Below are positions 20,489 to 30,430 of a stretch of 64,000 bases of DNA, piece by piece. Both the position numbers and the translations under genes were made by a program. Below the pieces are notes generated by a model. That model did no database searches and had not been told where the DNA came from. It saw only the letters and a program-made list of their open reading frames with translations. Source of the DNA: an uncultured Actinomycetes bacterium (GTDB taxonomy: Bacteria > Actinomycetota > Actinomycetes > Streptosporangiales > Streptosporangiaceae); the NCBI GenBank assembly GCA_963835425.1, contig CAWIGE010000019.1, forward strand, positions 132,925 through 196,924, read 5' to 3'. Numbering within the stretch: the stretch's first letter is position 1; each line of letters begins with the position of its first letter.

Positions 20489-21556
20489 ATGATCGAGCCG
20501 TATCAGGCGGTAGGCCTGGTCCCCACCATGCGCGGCATCCGTCACCGCGGTGAGATCGAGGTGAACCTGGAGCACATCTCGCACCTGATCAAGGCCGCGT
20601 CGTGGCTGTCCAGCATGGACCTGCCGGTGCGGCTGATAGCCATTCCCGAAGGCGCCCTGCAGGGCTTCAACGACGAGGTCCTCGACCTCGACCACGAGGG
20701 GTTCGCGCGGGAGTGCGCGATCGACATCCCGGGCCCGGAGACTGATTACCTCGGCGGGCTCGCGCGGCAGTGGGACGCTTTCGTGATGGCACAGGCGAAA
20801 GCCCGCCACCCCGAGTTCCCTGGCCGTTTCTTCAACATTGGCTTCATCCTCAGCCCGGAGGGCGAACTCATCCTCCGGCACCACAAGGTGGTGCCGCTGC
20901 TCCCGGTCGAGCACTCGGTGACCCCGCACAACGTCTGGGACAAGTGGATCGAGCTGTACGGCCGCAACCTGGACGCGTTCTACCCGGTCGCCGAAACCGA
21001 AATTGGCCGGCTGGGATTCCTCATGGCCAACGAGGGCTCCTACCCCGAGAACGCGCGCGGCCTGGCAATGAACGGCGCGGAGGTCGTCTACCGCGGGCCC
21101 TACCCGCACCCGAACGCCGCCAACGGCCTGTTCGAGATCCAGAACCGCGCACGGGCACTCGACAACAACTTCTACCTGATCGCCTGCAACGTCGGCACCT
21201 ACTACCTGCACACCGACTCCGATGTGGCGATCGACACCTTCGGCGGCGGGTCGGCCGTGATCGACTACCGTGGGCAGATCGTCGGGCGGCACGATTACAG
21301 CGGCGGGTCCTCCTGGGTCGCCGGGACCGTCGACGTCGAGGCGCTGCGCCGGTTCCGCGCGAACGCGCAGTGGGACAACTGGATGAAGGACCTCACCACC
21401 GAGCAGTACCAGCTCATCTACGAGGAGCCGATCTACCCCAAGAACCTCTATCTCGACCGCGCCCCGTACACCCATGACGGGTACCGCCGTGAGGTCACCG
21501 ACAAGCAGATTGAGCTCCTGCACGAGCGGGATATCTGGGTGCGGCCGGACAAATGA
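20489..21556 (+). CDS. Carbon-nitrogen hydrolase superfamily protein, aliphatic amidase/formamidase-like; the nucleophile Cys appears replaced by Ala
   Basis: 355 aa with a ribosome-binding site (RBS, ggaaagggag) upstream. Alignment from memory to AmiE keeps Glu (IAIPEGAL) and Lys (RHHKVVP). The ..LIICDDGNYPE.. block reads ..FLMANEGSYPE.. here. Confidence 0.8.
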   Translation: MIEPYQAVGLVPTMRGIRHRGEIEVNLEHISHLIKAASWLSSMDLPVRLIAIPEGALQGFNDEVLDLDHEGFARECAIDIPGPETDYLGGLARQWDAFVMAQAKARHPEFPGRFFNIGFILSPEGELILRHHKVVPLLPVEHSVTPHNVWDKWIELYGRNLDAFYPVAETEIGRLGFLMANEGSYPENARGLAMNGAEVVYRGPYPHPNAANGLFEIQNRARALDNNFYLIACNVGTYYLHTDSDVAIDTFGGGSAVIDYRGQIVGRHDYSGGSSWVAGTVDVEALRRFRANAQWDNWMKDLTTEQYQLIYEEPIYPKNLYLDRAPYTHDGYRREVTDKQIELLHERDIWVRPDK

Positions 21557-21630
21557 TGTGACTACGGTCCATCGTGACCGCCTACCGGCCCCGGGCCGGC
21601 CGCCACTGCCCGCACGGGATACTCGGCGCT

Positions 21631-22506
21631 ATGCCTCACAGCGATCCCGTGGACGGTTTCCGCCTCGCCTACGACCGGGAGGGCAGCGGCCCCGCCGTGC
21701 TGCTGCTGCACGGCTGGCCCGGTGACCGGACCGATTACCGGGCCGTGGTGCCGCGGGTCACGGCGGCGGTGGAGGTCATCGTGCCGGATTTGCGGGGGTT
21801 CGGCGAATCGGACCGGCACCCGGCCGCGCCACGCGACCAGTACACCGCGGCCGCGCAGGCGCGCAGCATCATCGCGCTGATCGAGGAGCTCGGGCTCAGC
21901 CTGCCGGTGCTCGCCGGCTATGACATCGGCAGCCGGATCGCCCAGGCCGTGGCCCGCGAGCGACCCGATCTGGCCGGGGCACTGGTGGTGTCGCCGCCGC
22001 TGCCGGGGATCGGCGACCGGATCCTCAGCCCGCGGGCGCAGCAGGAGTTCTGGTACCAGCCGTTCCACCAGCTCAGCCTGTCCACCGAGCTCATCGACGG
22101 CCGGCCGGACCTGGTCCGTGCCTACCTGCGTCATTTCTGGTCGCATTGGTCCGGGCCGGACTTTGAGCCGGGCCACGAGCACCTTGAGCACCTGGTCTCG
22201 ATGTACGGGCGCCCTGGCGCCTTCGCCGCGTCGGTGGCCTGGTACCGGTCGGGGGCGGGCTCGGTCGCCACCTCCGTGGCCGAGCAGGTGCCCGGCCCGG
22301 CGGACCGGATCGCCGTGCCGGCCACCGTGCTCTGGCCAGAGCACGACCCGCTGTTTCCCCGCCAGTGGTCCGACCGGCTCGGCGAGTTCTTCACCGACGT
22401 CAGGCTGATCCACCTCGACGGCGCGGGGCACTTCACCCCGCTGGAGCGCCCGGAGGACTTCGCCGCGGCGGTGACCGCGGCGGCCGTCCCCTCCCGCGAC
22501 CCGTGA
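21631..22506 (+). CDS. Alpha/beta hydrolase (epoxide-hydrolase-like)
   Basis: ..GSGPAVLLLHGWPGDRTDY.. (HGWP motif), a nucleophile-elbow region ..LAGYDIGSRIA.., and the C-terminal His region ..LDGAGHFTPLERPEDF... Confidence 0.85.
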   Translation: MPHSDPVDGFRLAYDREGSGPAVLLLHGWPGDRTDYRAVVPRVTAAVEVIVPDLRGFGESDRHPAAPRDQYTAAAQARSIIALIEELGLSLPVLAGYDIGSRIAQAVARERPDLAGALVVSPPLPGIGDRILSPRAQQEFWYQPFHQLSLSTELIDGRPDLVRAYLRHFWSHWSGPDFEPGHEHLEHLVSMYGRPGAFAASVAWYRSGAGSVATSVAEQVPGPADRIAVPATVLWPEHDPLFPRQWSDRLGEFFTDVRLIHLDGAGHFTPLERPEDFAAAVTAAAVPSRDP

Positions 22507-23656
22507 CCGTGCGGGCGCCCGCGCCTCTGGGCCTGAGCCTGGTCAGGGCGGGCTGGCCGCCGGACGCCCCGGTCAGGGAGCGGGCTGGCCGCCGGGCGGC
22601 CCGGCTCCGGAATCCGCGTCGGCCTGGGAATCCGCGCCTGGCCCGGGAATCCCCGTTGGGCGGCGAATCCGGGCCGGCCCGGGACTCCCCGTTGGCCCGC
22701 GAATGGGCACTGGCCGGGGGATCGCTGCCGCGCCCGGAACCGGCGCCGGAACCGTTCCCCCCGGTGACTTGGGCGGCCGCCAGCCAGCCGTTGGCCCAGG
22801 GCCGGGTGCGGACCAGCCAGTAGCAGCCGCCGCCCAGCGCCACGGCGCACAGCGTCCAGCCCAGCGCGGTGGTCCCGACGCCGATGTACTTCAGCCCGGA
22901 AGCGAAGATCACAAAGGTGATGATCGGCCTGATGTATCGGTCCGGCGCCCGCGAGGACAGGAACGAGCCGATCAGCACGGCCGGCACGCTGCCGAGCACG
23001 ATCGACGCGGTCACGCCGAACTCGACATGGCCGAAGACCAGCGCCCCCAGGGCCGCCGCCGCGGTGAGCGGCACCGCCTGGGTCAGGTCGGTCCCGACCA
23101 GCTGCCCGGCGCTGAGCAGCGGGTACAGGAACAGCATCAGCACGATCATCAGCGAGCCGGAACCCACCGAGGTCAGGCCCACGATCAGCCCGCCGATCAT
23201 GCCGATGGCGATGGTCGGCAGCGGGCGGACCTGCACGTGCTGGATGGTGCCGATCCGCCGCCGGCCGGACCTGCGGTCCAGGACATAGCGGAGCACCATG
23301 GCCGCGGCGCCGACCAGAAGCGCCGTGCCGAGCAGGATCTCCACCTTCTGCTCCGCGGCCGCGGTATTGCCGAGCTCGCGCAGCAGGAAGGAGCCGAAGA
23401 ACGCCATCGGCACCGAGCCGGCCACCATCCAGCCGACCAGGCGCAGGTTCACCGTCCCCTTGAACAGGTGCACGGCCGCGCCGACGGGCCGCATCAGGAC
23501 GGCTGCCACCAGGTCGCTGGAGATCGCGGAGGACGGCTTGATGCCGAACAGCAAGATCAGCATCGGGGTCATCAGGGCGCCCCCGCCGGCGCCGGTGAGC
23601 CCGACAAGCAGCCCCACGACAGCACTGCCGAGGACGATGTAGGGGTTGAGGTGCAT
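22433..23656 (-). CDS. TauE/SafE-family sulfite/anion exporter membrane protein with a long low-complexity C-terminal tail
   Basis: ..LLVGLTGAGGGALMTPMLILLFG.. plus about 8 TM helices. The last ~120 aa are G/R/P/S-rich and overlap the convergent hydrolase gene, so the true stop is uncertain. Confidence 0.75.
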   Translation of the reverse strand: MHLNPYIVLGSAVVGLLVGLTGAGGGALMTPMLILLFGIKPSSAISSDLVAAVLMRPVGAAVHLFKGTVNLRLVGWMVAGSVPMAFFGSFLLRELGNTAAAEQKVEILLGTALLVGAAAMVLRYVLDRRSGRRRIGTIQHVQVRPLPTIAIGMIGGLIVGLTSVGSGSLMIVLMLFLYPLLSAGQLVGTDLTQAVPLTAAAALGALVFGHVEFGVTASIVLGSVPAVLIGSFLSSRAPDRYIRPIITFVIFASGLKYIGVGTTALGWTLCAVALGGGCYWLVRTRPWANGWLAAAQVTGGNGSGAGSGRGSDPPASAHSRANGESRAGPDSPPNGDSRARRGFPGRRGFRSRAARRPARSLTGASGGQPALTRLRPRGAGARTVTGRGRGRPPRSPPRRSPPGAPAG

Positions 23657-23894
23657 CGCCGGCCTTCTCCCTTGCCGCTAGTGACTGCCGCCGCGCCCAG
23701 TCTTCCCTAGTTTTCACGTTTGAAAAGAGGTGTTAGGCCCAGACTTCGCCCGGGTCGGGTCAACGAACGTGGTCCCGTTGTTCTCCTCTGACGCCTTCAC
23801 GTTCATGCTCAAGTTGTGCAGCTCGCTGTCGCTGGCTTCGTCACCGGGGTCACCGCCCTGGTCACCGGCGCCATCACCATCTAGGAGAGGTCCC

Positions 23895-25151
23895 ATGACT
23901 GACACCACCTCCTCACCCGCCGCCCGGTATGGCGTGCACTCCGAAGTCGGTCAGCTGCGCAAGGTGCTGGTCTGCGCCCCGGGACTGGCTCACCAGCGGC
24001 TGACCCCGACGAACTGCGACGACCTGCTGTTCGATGACGTGATATGGGTGCAAAACGCCCGCCGTGACCACTTCGACTTCATGACCAAGATGCGCGAACG
24101 CGGCGTCGAGGTCGTCGAGCTGCACAACCTGCTCACCGAGACCCTCGACGTCCCCGGGGCTAGGGCGTGGCTGCTCGACCGCAAGATCACCGCCAACCAG
24201 GTAGGGCCCGGGCTGGTTGCCGACACCCGCGCCTTCCTGGACAGCCTCGAACCGCGGCAGCTGGCGGAGTACCTGATCGGCGGGCTGTCCACGTCCGACC
24301 TGCCCGACGACTTCCGGCCCGCCTACCTCGCGCTGGCCCGCGAGCACACCGGCGTCCGCGAGTACCTCATGCCGCCGCTGCCCAACACCCTGTTCACCCG
24401 CGACACCACCTGCTGGATCTACGGCGGCGTGACGCTCAACCCGCTGTACTGGCCCGCCCGCCACGACGAGACCCTGCTGATGAAGGCCATCTACACCTTC
24501 CACCCCGGCTTCACCGGCGCCCGCATCTGGTGGGGCGACCCGGAGCAGGACTGGGGCCTGGCCACCCTCGAAGGCGGCGACGTGATGCCGGCCGGTAATG
24601 GCGTGGTGCTGATCGGCATGAGCGAGCGCAGCTCCCGCCAGGCGATCACCCAGGTCGCGGCCGCCCTGTTCGAGCACGGTGCGGCCGAACGGGTCATCGT
24701 GGCCGGGATGCCCAAGCTGCGGGCCGCCATGCACCTGGACACCGTGTTCACCTTCGCCGACCGCGATTGCGTCACTACCTATCCCGACATCGTCAACGGC
24801 ATCCACACCTTCACGCTCAGGCCAGCAGACACGACCACGATTGAGGTCACCGCCGAGAAAGACCCGTTCATCGTCGTGGTGGCCGCCGCCCTGAACCTGC
24901 CACACTTGCGGGTCGTCAGCCTCGACGGCGAGGCCTACGCCGACGAACGGCAGCAGTGGGACAGCGGCAACAATCTCGTCGCGGTCTCACCCGGGGTGGT
25001 GTTCGCCTACGACCGCAACACCCGCACCAACACCCTGCTGCGCAAGGCCGGCATCGAGGTCATCACCATCGTCGGCGCCGAACTCGGCCGCGGCCGCGGC
25101 GGCGGCCACTGCATGACCTGCCCCCTCATCCGCGACCCGGTGGACTTCTAG
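23895..25151 (+). CDS. arcA: Arginine deiminase
   Basis: 418 aa with RBS aggagagg. ..[18 protein letters not shown].., ..[13 protein letters not shown].. and the C-terminal catalytic ..[12 protein letters not shown].. are present. Confidence 0.95.
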   Translation: MTDTTSSPAARYGVHSEVGQLRKVLVCAPGLAHQRLTPTNCDDLLFDDVIWVQNARRDHFDFMTKMRERGVEVVELHNLLTETLDVPGARAWLLDRKITANQVGPGLVADTRAFLDSLEPRQLAEYLIGGLSTSDLPDDFRPAYLALAREHTGVREYLMPPLPNTLFTRDTTCWIYGGVTLNPLYWPARHDETLLMKAIYTFHPGFTGARIWWGDPEQDWGLATLEGGDVMPAGNGVVLIGMSERSSRQAITQVAAALFEHGAAERVIVAGMPKLRAAMHLDTVFTFADRDCVTTYPDIVNGIHTFTLRPADTTTIEVTAEKDPFIVVVAAALNLPHLRVVSLDGEAYADERQQWDSGNNLVAVSPGVVFAYDRNTRTNTLLRKAGIEVITIVGAELGRGRGGGHCMTCPLIRDPVDF

Positions 25152-25188
25152 TTAACCCCGAGGCACCACGGTGAAACCCGCTGGCAGT

Positions 25189-25205
25189 CCCGGCCCGCGG
25201 CCGGG
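25189..25205. terminator. GC hairpin between convergent arcA and the DUF4870 gene (possible bidirectional terminator)
   Basis: cccggcc-cgc-ggccggg gives a perfect 7-bp stem with a 3-nt loop. There is no U-tract. Confidence 0.35.
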
Positions 25206-25718
25206 TTACTTGACCATCGGGAAGCAGATGATCGTCGGGACCCGGAACAGCTGGCCCTGGTTCGACTTGACGGCCCCCAGGATCAGGTACACCAGGTGCG
25301 CGATGCCGAGGGCGACGAACGCCAGCAGCATAAGCAGGATGCCGAATCCGTGGGTGATGACCGCGAGGAGGATGCCGACGATGAAGATCCCTATCGACTC
25401 GATGATGGCGGTAATCCCCATGTTGAGCGCCTGCGCCGCGTGGAACCTGACGTAGCGCGATTCATTCATCTTCACCAGGTAGATCACCAGCGGCGCGATG
25501 ATGCTCGCCACAAAGGCCAGGACGTACGACAGCAGCGCCCAGGTGTGATCATCGGACGGCCCCTTGGGGCCGTAGCCCTGCGGGTTGTAGCCTTGCGGGT
25601 CGCCCTGCTGGCCATAGCTCTGCTGGCCGTAGCCTGGCTGGCTCCCCTGGCCGTAGCCCTGCGGGTTGTCCTGGCCGTAGCCCTGCGGGCTGTCTTGGGG
25701 GTATCCGGGATAGTTCAT
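25206..25718 (-). CDS. DUF4870-like membrane protein with an N-terminal PQGYG-type low-complexity repeat
   Basis: 170 aa. The N-terminus contains several GYG-type (Q/P-rich) repeats, followed by TM helices and ..YVRFHAAQALN... Confidence 0.75.
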   Translation of the reverse strand: MNYPGYPQDSPQGYGQDNPQGYGQGSQPGYGQQSYGQQGDPQGYNPQGYGPKGPSDDHTWALLSYVLAFVASIIAPLVIYLVKMNESRYVRFHAAQALNMGITAIIESIGIFIVGILLAVITHGFGILLMLLAFVALGIAHLVYLILGAVKSNQGQLFRVPTIICFPMVK

Positions 25719-25838
25719 GGGGGCACGTCGCCTTTCCTCGGCCGCGGCGGTCCATCCGCGGAACCACCGGACAGAATGGCGTAGCCCGCTGGCAAGCGCA
25801 AGCGCGCGAGCCGCCGGTATCGGCCGGGACCGGCTGGG

Positions 25839-26441
25839 TCACGTCCGGCGGATGGTGGCCAGCCACGCCTGCGCGGTAGGCGTGCCCAGCCCGGGGTTGA
25901 CCTCGAAGGCATCCGCCACGATGGAGGTGACGGCCCAGCCGTCGCTGAAGGCGGCGCGCAGCTCCTCCTGGCGGACCCGGCGGGGCCCGATGGCGCCGGG
26001 CTGGCGCTCGCTGAAGCACATCAGGTAGCAGGTGCCGCCGGACTCCAGCACCGAGGCCAGGCTGGTGACGTACCGGGCGCGGTCGGCGTCATCGAAGACG
26101 TGGAACAGCCCGCTGTCGATGACCGTGTCGAAGGTCAGGCCGAGGCCGTCCAGGCTGAGCGCGTCGGCGACCTCGAACCAGACGGCGAGGCCCCGCTCGC
26201 CTGCCTTGTGACGCGCCTGCTCGATGGCCCGCGGCGAGATGTCCACCCCCACCACGTCCGCGCCCCGGGCGGCGGCCAGCAGCGCGTGGTCCCCGCTGCC
26301 ACAGCCCGCGTCCAGTACCCGCCCGCGCAGCAGGCCGCCGTCGGCCAGGCGGACGAACGCGGGCTGTGGCCGGCCGATGTCCCAGGGCGCGCGCGAGCCC
26401 GCTTCATATGCCGAGTCCCAGCTCGCCGACGGCGTTGTCAT
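25839..26441 (-). CDS. Class I SAM-dependent methyltransferase
   Basis: Motif I ..VLDAGCGSGDHALLAA.. is followed by ..VVGVDISPRAIEQA... 200 aa. Confidence 0.9.
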   Translation of the reverse strand: MTTPSASWDSAYEAGSRAPWDIGRPQPAFVRLADGGLLRGRVLDAGCGSGDHALLAAARGADVVGVDISPRAIEQARHKAGERGLAVWFEVADALSLDGLGLTFDTVIDSGLFHVFDDADRARYVTSLASVLESGGTCYLMCFSERQPGAIGPRRVRQEELRAAFSDGWAVTSIVADAFEVNPGLGTPTAQAWLATIRRT

Positions 26442-26623
26442 GGTGCCTCCACATCCCGACGGCCACGATTGCTGCCCATGTATCAGCGGCCCGGCCGCCT
26501 GCTCCGATCCACAGAAGCAGATACCCAGCGATCCCGCGACAGCGGGTACCCGGGCGGGCGCAGCACCGCTGGCGGTGCTGCCGGACGCCGGCCAGCTGGG
26601 GAAGGCGCAGGCATGGGGGAAGC

Positions 26624-28351
26624 ATGGACACGGCTGTCGGCAGAGACCGGTTCTGGGAGATGTTCAAGGGACGGGCGGTAGTGGTGTCGGAGCTGCCCGC
26701 CGGGCCCAGCAGGGTCCTGGCCAATGTGGCCAGCGAGCTGGCGGGCCGTGATGACGCCTCGCTCCGCACGAGGGCCGAGTACGAGGCGCTGTTCGATCTG
26801 CTGCTGGCGCACGTCCCGCCCGCTCCGCCCGCGAAGCTGAGGCTGGTCGATAAGTCCGGGCTGCCCACCGCCGCCGCCCGGGCTATAGAGGACTACCTCG
26901 GCGCGTCGCTGGGGAAGCAGGAGTTCTTCGACGCGGACATGTACATGGTTCACGTCACCGGATTCGGCCCCGGACGCGGTGTGCTGACCGAGCCGGTGAG
27001 GCCCGGCCGCGATGCCAGTGTCAACGTGTGGAAGACCGATCCGGCCGACCGCCGGCGCGTTGCCGCTCTGGACGGCGGAGGCGCCCTGTTCAGCTCGCAG
27101 GCCTTCTCGCTGAAGAACACCGGGAACCGCACCCTGCGCGCGCCGAAGCGGTCCTGGCGGGTAATTCTCGATGCCGCGGGGCACGAGAACCGCCTCGCCG
27201 GAATGACCCGGATCAATCTCAAGGCGATGTACAACGACCCTTCACAGATGCGCGAGGCGCTGGCCTGGCGACTGTTCCGCATGGCGGATATCCCGGCACC
27301 GCGGCACACGTATGCGAAGCTGGCCTTTGGCTCCGCCTACCGCGGCCTGTTCTCGGTCATCGAACAGGTCGACAAGAGATTCCTGAAAGACCACTTCGGC
27401 GAGAACCACCAGGGGAACCTTTACAAGACCGCCTGCCGCGACCTCGGGTGCGCGTCTCTCGCCTACCGGTCCGGGCCCGACGGTGATGACTCGGGGCGCC
27501 AGTACTTCATCCCGGGAGCCGCTGAGCACACCTACCGCCTCAAGACAAACAAGAACAACCCCGAGGCCAACACGTACGACGACCTGGCCTGCTTCATCAG
27601 GACGATCAACGGCATCGGGCTGCCGGGCGGCGGGGAGCGCTTCGGCACCGACGCCTTCCGCGAGTCGGTGGATGGCATCATGGACGTCAGCACCTTCCTC
27701 CGCTGGGCGGCCATCAACATGCTGCTCGGCAGCTGGGACAACTATTATGCGACCCCGTCGAATTACTACCTCTACAACTCGGGGCGCAGGGGAGCGGCGG
27801 AGGATTTCGTCGGCTCTCCCTATTTCCACTGGATCCCCTGGGACTACGACAATTGCCTGGGGATCGATTATTCGGGCACGCAGTGGCAGTACGCCGACAT
27901 CCTCAACTGGCCGGGCAAGGTGAACCGCCACACCCCGAACATCCCGCTCGTCCGGAACCTGCTCCGCAACCCCGACTACATCGGGTGCTACCTGGACTAC
28001 GTGGAATACATGCTCGATACCGAGTTCAACCCGAGGGCGTTTGCCGCGCAGATCGGGGCGCGCTCGGAGGATGGCCTGTGGCACCGGGTCCGGCGGGCCG
28101 CCTACCTGGAATCCGATACGCCGTATGAGCGGCCGTTCACCGGCCGGCGGTACAGCAACGACGAGGTCTACCAGAGCGGCTTCCGGCAGCACGAGCTGCG
28201 GCACGGGAAGAAGAGGATGGACGGCATCGTCCACTACGTCCGCATGCGCCATGACAGCGCCCGCGTGCAGCTGAAACGGCTAAGGCGGAGGTACCCGCGC
28301 ACGGCCGACGGCTTTGCCCGGCCGGCGGAGCAGCTGCCGCGGGCGGCCTAG
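26624..28351 (+). CDS. CotH kinase-family protein
   Basis: ..NLKAMYNDPSQMREALAWRLFRMADIPAPRHTYAKL..GLFSVIEQVDKRFLKDHFGEN..GNLYK.. and ..WDNYYATPSNYYLY..WDYDNCLG.. match CotH hallmarks. The start is assumed at ATG 26624 inside track ORF 26366..28351. Confidence 0.8.
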   Translation: MDTAVGRDRFWEMFKGRAVVVSELPAGPSRVLANVASELAGRDDASLRTRAEYEALFDLLLAHVPPAPPAKLRLVDKSGLPTAAARAIEDYLGASLGKQEFFDADMYMVHVTGFGPGRGVLTEPVRPGRDASVNVWKTDPADRRRVAALDGGGALFSSQAFSLKNTGNRTLRAPKRSWRVILDAAGHENRLAGMTRINLKAMYNDPSQMREALAWRLFRMADIPAPRHTYAKLAFGSAYRGLFSVIEQVDKRFLKDHFGENHQGNLYKTACRDLGCASLAYRSGPDGDDSGRQYFIPGAAEHTYRLKTNKNNPEANTYDDLACFIRTINGIGLPGGGERFGTDAFRESVDGIMDVSTFLRWAAINMLLGSWDNYYATPSNYYLYNSGRRGAAEDFVGSPYFHWIPWDYDNCLGIDYSGTQWQYADILNWPGKVNRHTPNIPLVRNLLRNPDYIGCYLDYVEYMLDTEFNPRAFAAQIGARSEDGLWHRVRRAAYLESDTPYERPFTGRRYSNDEVYQSGFRQHELRHGKKRMDGIVHYVRMRHDSARVQLKRLRRRYPRTADGFARPAEQLPRAA

Positions 28352-28354
28352 GTC

Positions 28355-29416
28355 ATGGATGGCGCCCGGCGAGGTCCCGGCGAGGCGGGCAGCGGGGGAG
28401 CCGCCGCGGGCCAGGCGGTCCCCTGGCCCGTTCACGCCCTGTTCCAGCAGCGGGTCGACGGGGACGATGCGCTGCTCAAGCTGGCCGGGCTCCGCTTCGC
28501 CCAGATGGGCGTCGCCGCGGAGGTGTACGCCGAGACGCCGGGCCATCTCGAGTACGTCCTGCAGTTCGTGCCCCCCCATGCGCGCCTGCCCATCGTGCAC
28601 CTGAGCCGGGGCATCAACGTGCTGCACGGGCGGGACCGCGCCGTGGTGCGGGAATTCGCCGACCGCTTCGCCGGCCGCGTCGCTGGCCTGGTGGTCCACG
28701 ACAAGCGTGAGATGGGGGCCAAGACGGACCGTCTGCTGGCCGCGCTGCGCGAGCTGAACGCCCACCTGTGCCAGCGCCCGGGCAGCCCACTGCTTTTCCT
28801 CGAATACGCCGCCGGGCTGGATCGCGGCTGGTTCATCGAGGTGGCGGAGCGGCTCCAGGCCGCCGAACGGGTCAGCTGCTGCATTGACGTCGGCCACATT
28901 GGCCTGAGGCAGGCCACCGCCTGGTTCGAACGCCGCCATCCCGGCCTGAACCTCAAGAAGCTCAGCCCGGTGGACGACCGGGTGCCCGGCCTGGTGGCAG
29001 ACGTCCAGGACGCGGTGGGAAGCGCCTTGCCGCATGTGCTCGAGGTCACCCGGTCGCTTGGCCGGCTCGGCAAGCATGTGCACTTCCACCTGCACGACGG
29101 GCATCCCCTCATCCCGGGCCTCCGGGACCACTTCAGCTTCCTGACGCGGCTGCCGGTTCCCTTCAGTTACGGAGGCCGCAGGTCGTTGAGCACGATGTAC
29201 GGGCCGGGCGGGCTGGCTTCCATCGTGTCGGCGGCCGTCGACGCGTGCCCCCCACAGGGAGTCTCCTTCACGATCGAGGTCCACCAGGTCGAGGGCCGGC
29301 TGCCCCTCGCCGATGCCGCGTGGCTCTTTCCCCACTGGCAGGACACCACCAATGCCGAACGGATGAACCACTGGCTCTCCGTCCTGTCGGAGAACGCCCT
29401 GCTCATATCCGGCTGA
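28355..29416 (+). CDS. Hypothetical protein, possibly a xylose-isomerase-like TIM barrel
   Basis: 353-aa ORF starting 3 nt after the CotH stop. ..LVVHDK.., ..CIDVGH.. and ..HFHLHDG.. resemble metal-ligand strands of AP-endonuclease-2/TIM-barrel proteins. The assignment is weak. Confidence 0.45.
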   Translation: MDGARRGPGEAGSGGAAAGQAVPWPVHALFQQRVDGDDALLKLAGLRFAQMGVAAEVYAETPGHLEYVLQFVPPHARLPIVHLSRGINVLHGRDRAVVREFADRFAGRVAGLVVHDKREMGAKTDRLLAALRELNAHLCQRPGSPLLFLEYAAGLDRGWFIEVAERLQAAERVSCCIDVGHIGLRQATAWFERRHPGLNLKKLSPVDDRVPGLVADVQDAVGSALPHVLEVTRSLGRLGKHVHFHLHDGHPLIPGLRDHFSFLTRLPVPFSYGGRRSLSTMYGPGGLASIVSAAVDACPPQGVSFTIEVHQVEGRLPLADAAWLFPHWQDTTNAERMNHWLSVLSENALLISG

Positions 29417-30221
29417 GCCCGGGGGCCAACCGCGCAGGGCAGGACTCAGCGCATGCGACACGCCACGCCGCGCGTTGCGCGTCATTCCGGGGTTTTGTGC
29501 TAACGCTGAGTTACCATGGGGAAACGTGTACGGATATGCGGTTTCGACGGCTCTGTCGCAATTGCCGGGCTCGACGCTGCGACGTGTCATGCCCGCTAGC
29601 GGCGAGACCAGGCCAGTGCCGCCGCTGCGAGCCATACTCGCGGCGGTAAGTCCGTTTGGTCGAAGGTGGCATGACGTCCCAAGATGACGCCAGCAAGCCC
29701 CAGGCACTCCCGGCCGATCACGCGGGCAGCTTGCTATGCCGCCTTCTGATCGCCCACCCCGAGGTCGTCAACATTGAGATCCTCGGCCAGCTTGATCTGC
29801 CCGAGGGGATCATCTACTCGCTCGGTGTGACGCTGCCGGGCGGCCGGGAGCTGCTCATCGACGTCGGGGACGTCTGATCCCACGAGGCGGCGCCCGCGGG
29901 CGGCCGGGTGCAAGCCAGCATCGAGCAGCGCTTCCCGGCCTCCCAGACGGACACGGGTTAGGGCTGGCACGCGGTCCGCCACCCCGGCGGCCGCGCCGAG
30001 CTGACCCTCGCGGACGAGCGCGCCCTGCAGCGCGGCGACGTGGCGACCCTGATCCCGCCCCACGACGTGCACAACCACGGCCATGTCACCGGCACCGGGC
30101 CCAGCCCCTACTCGCTGATCCTGCTGGGCGACAACATGCTGCTGTTCGAGCGCGAGGAGTACGACCCGGAGCAGGGGGCGTGGCAGCGGCTCGCGCCCGG
30201 CGACCCGGGCCGGTCGAACCG

Positions 30222-30416
30222 CTAGGGGACAGCCGGGCCGGGCGCTAACCGGCCGATGTGCGTGTTCGTGATTGAGGTGAACTGGCAGATCAGCGCCGCA
30301 CTGAGCAGGACGAGCCCGACCGCGATCTCGTTGAAGCGGCGCAGCTCACGGCCGCTGGCGGCAAACAGGAACATGAGCATTGCCGCCACGGTCAGGATGA
30401 GGGCGAGGACGTCCAT
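30222..30416 (-). CDS. Small 2-TM membrane protein downstream of the P450 fusion
   Basis: MDVLALILTVAAMLMFLFAASGRELRRFNEIAVGLVLLSAALICQF.. (64 aa). It starts 15 nt after the upstream stop. Confidence 0.4.
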   Translation of the reverse strand: MDVLALILTVAAMLMFLFAASGRELRRFNEIAVGLVLLSAALICQFTSITNTHIGRLAPGPAVP

Positions 30417-30430
30417 GCGGCTCCCAGGGA

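Noticed and set aside
22433-22800. G/R/P/S-rich C-terminal tail of the TauE-family ORF, with loosely repeated ggaatcc/cccgttgg motifs that might be a repeat array.
   Set aside because: The repeats are short and imperfect. This is most likely a non-coding run-on after the true stop, or a low-complexity tail. It is not a CRISPR or structured repeat.
23714-23908. 64-aa minus-strand ORF overlapping the arcA start region.
   Set aside because: It has no RBS or family signal. It overlaps the arcA RBS and start, and its composition is atypical.
29656-30225. Three ORF pieces in the same frame, separated only by a TGA (29875-29877) and a TAG (29959-29961). The last piece looks cupin-like (..RGDVATLIPPHDVHNHGH..). 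This could be one gene with two nonsense mutations or read-through.
   Set aside because: Frame coincidence has about a 1-in-9 chance. I see no recognisable domain continuity across the stops, and the first piece has no family signature. It is kept only as a note.
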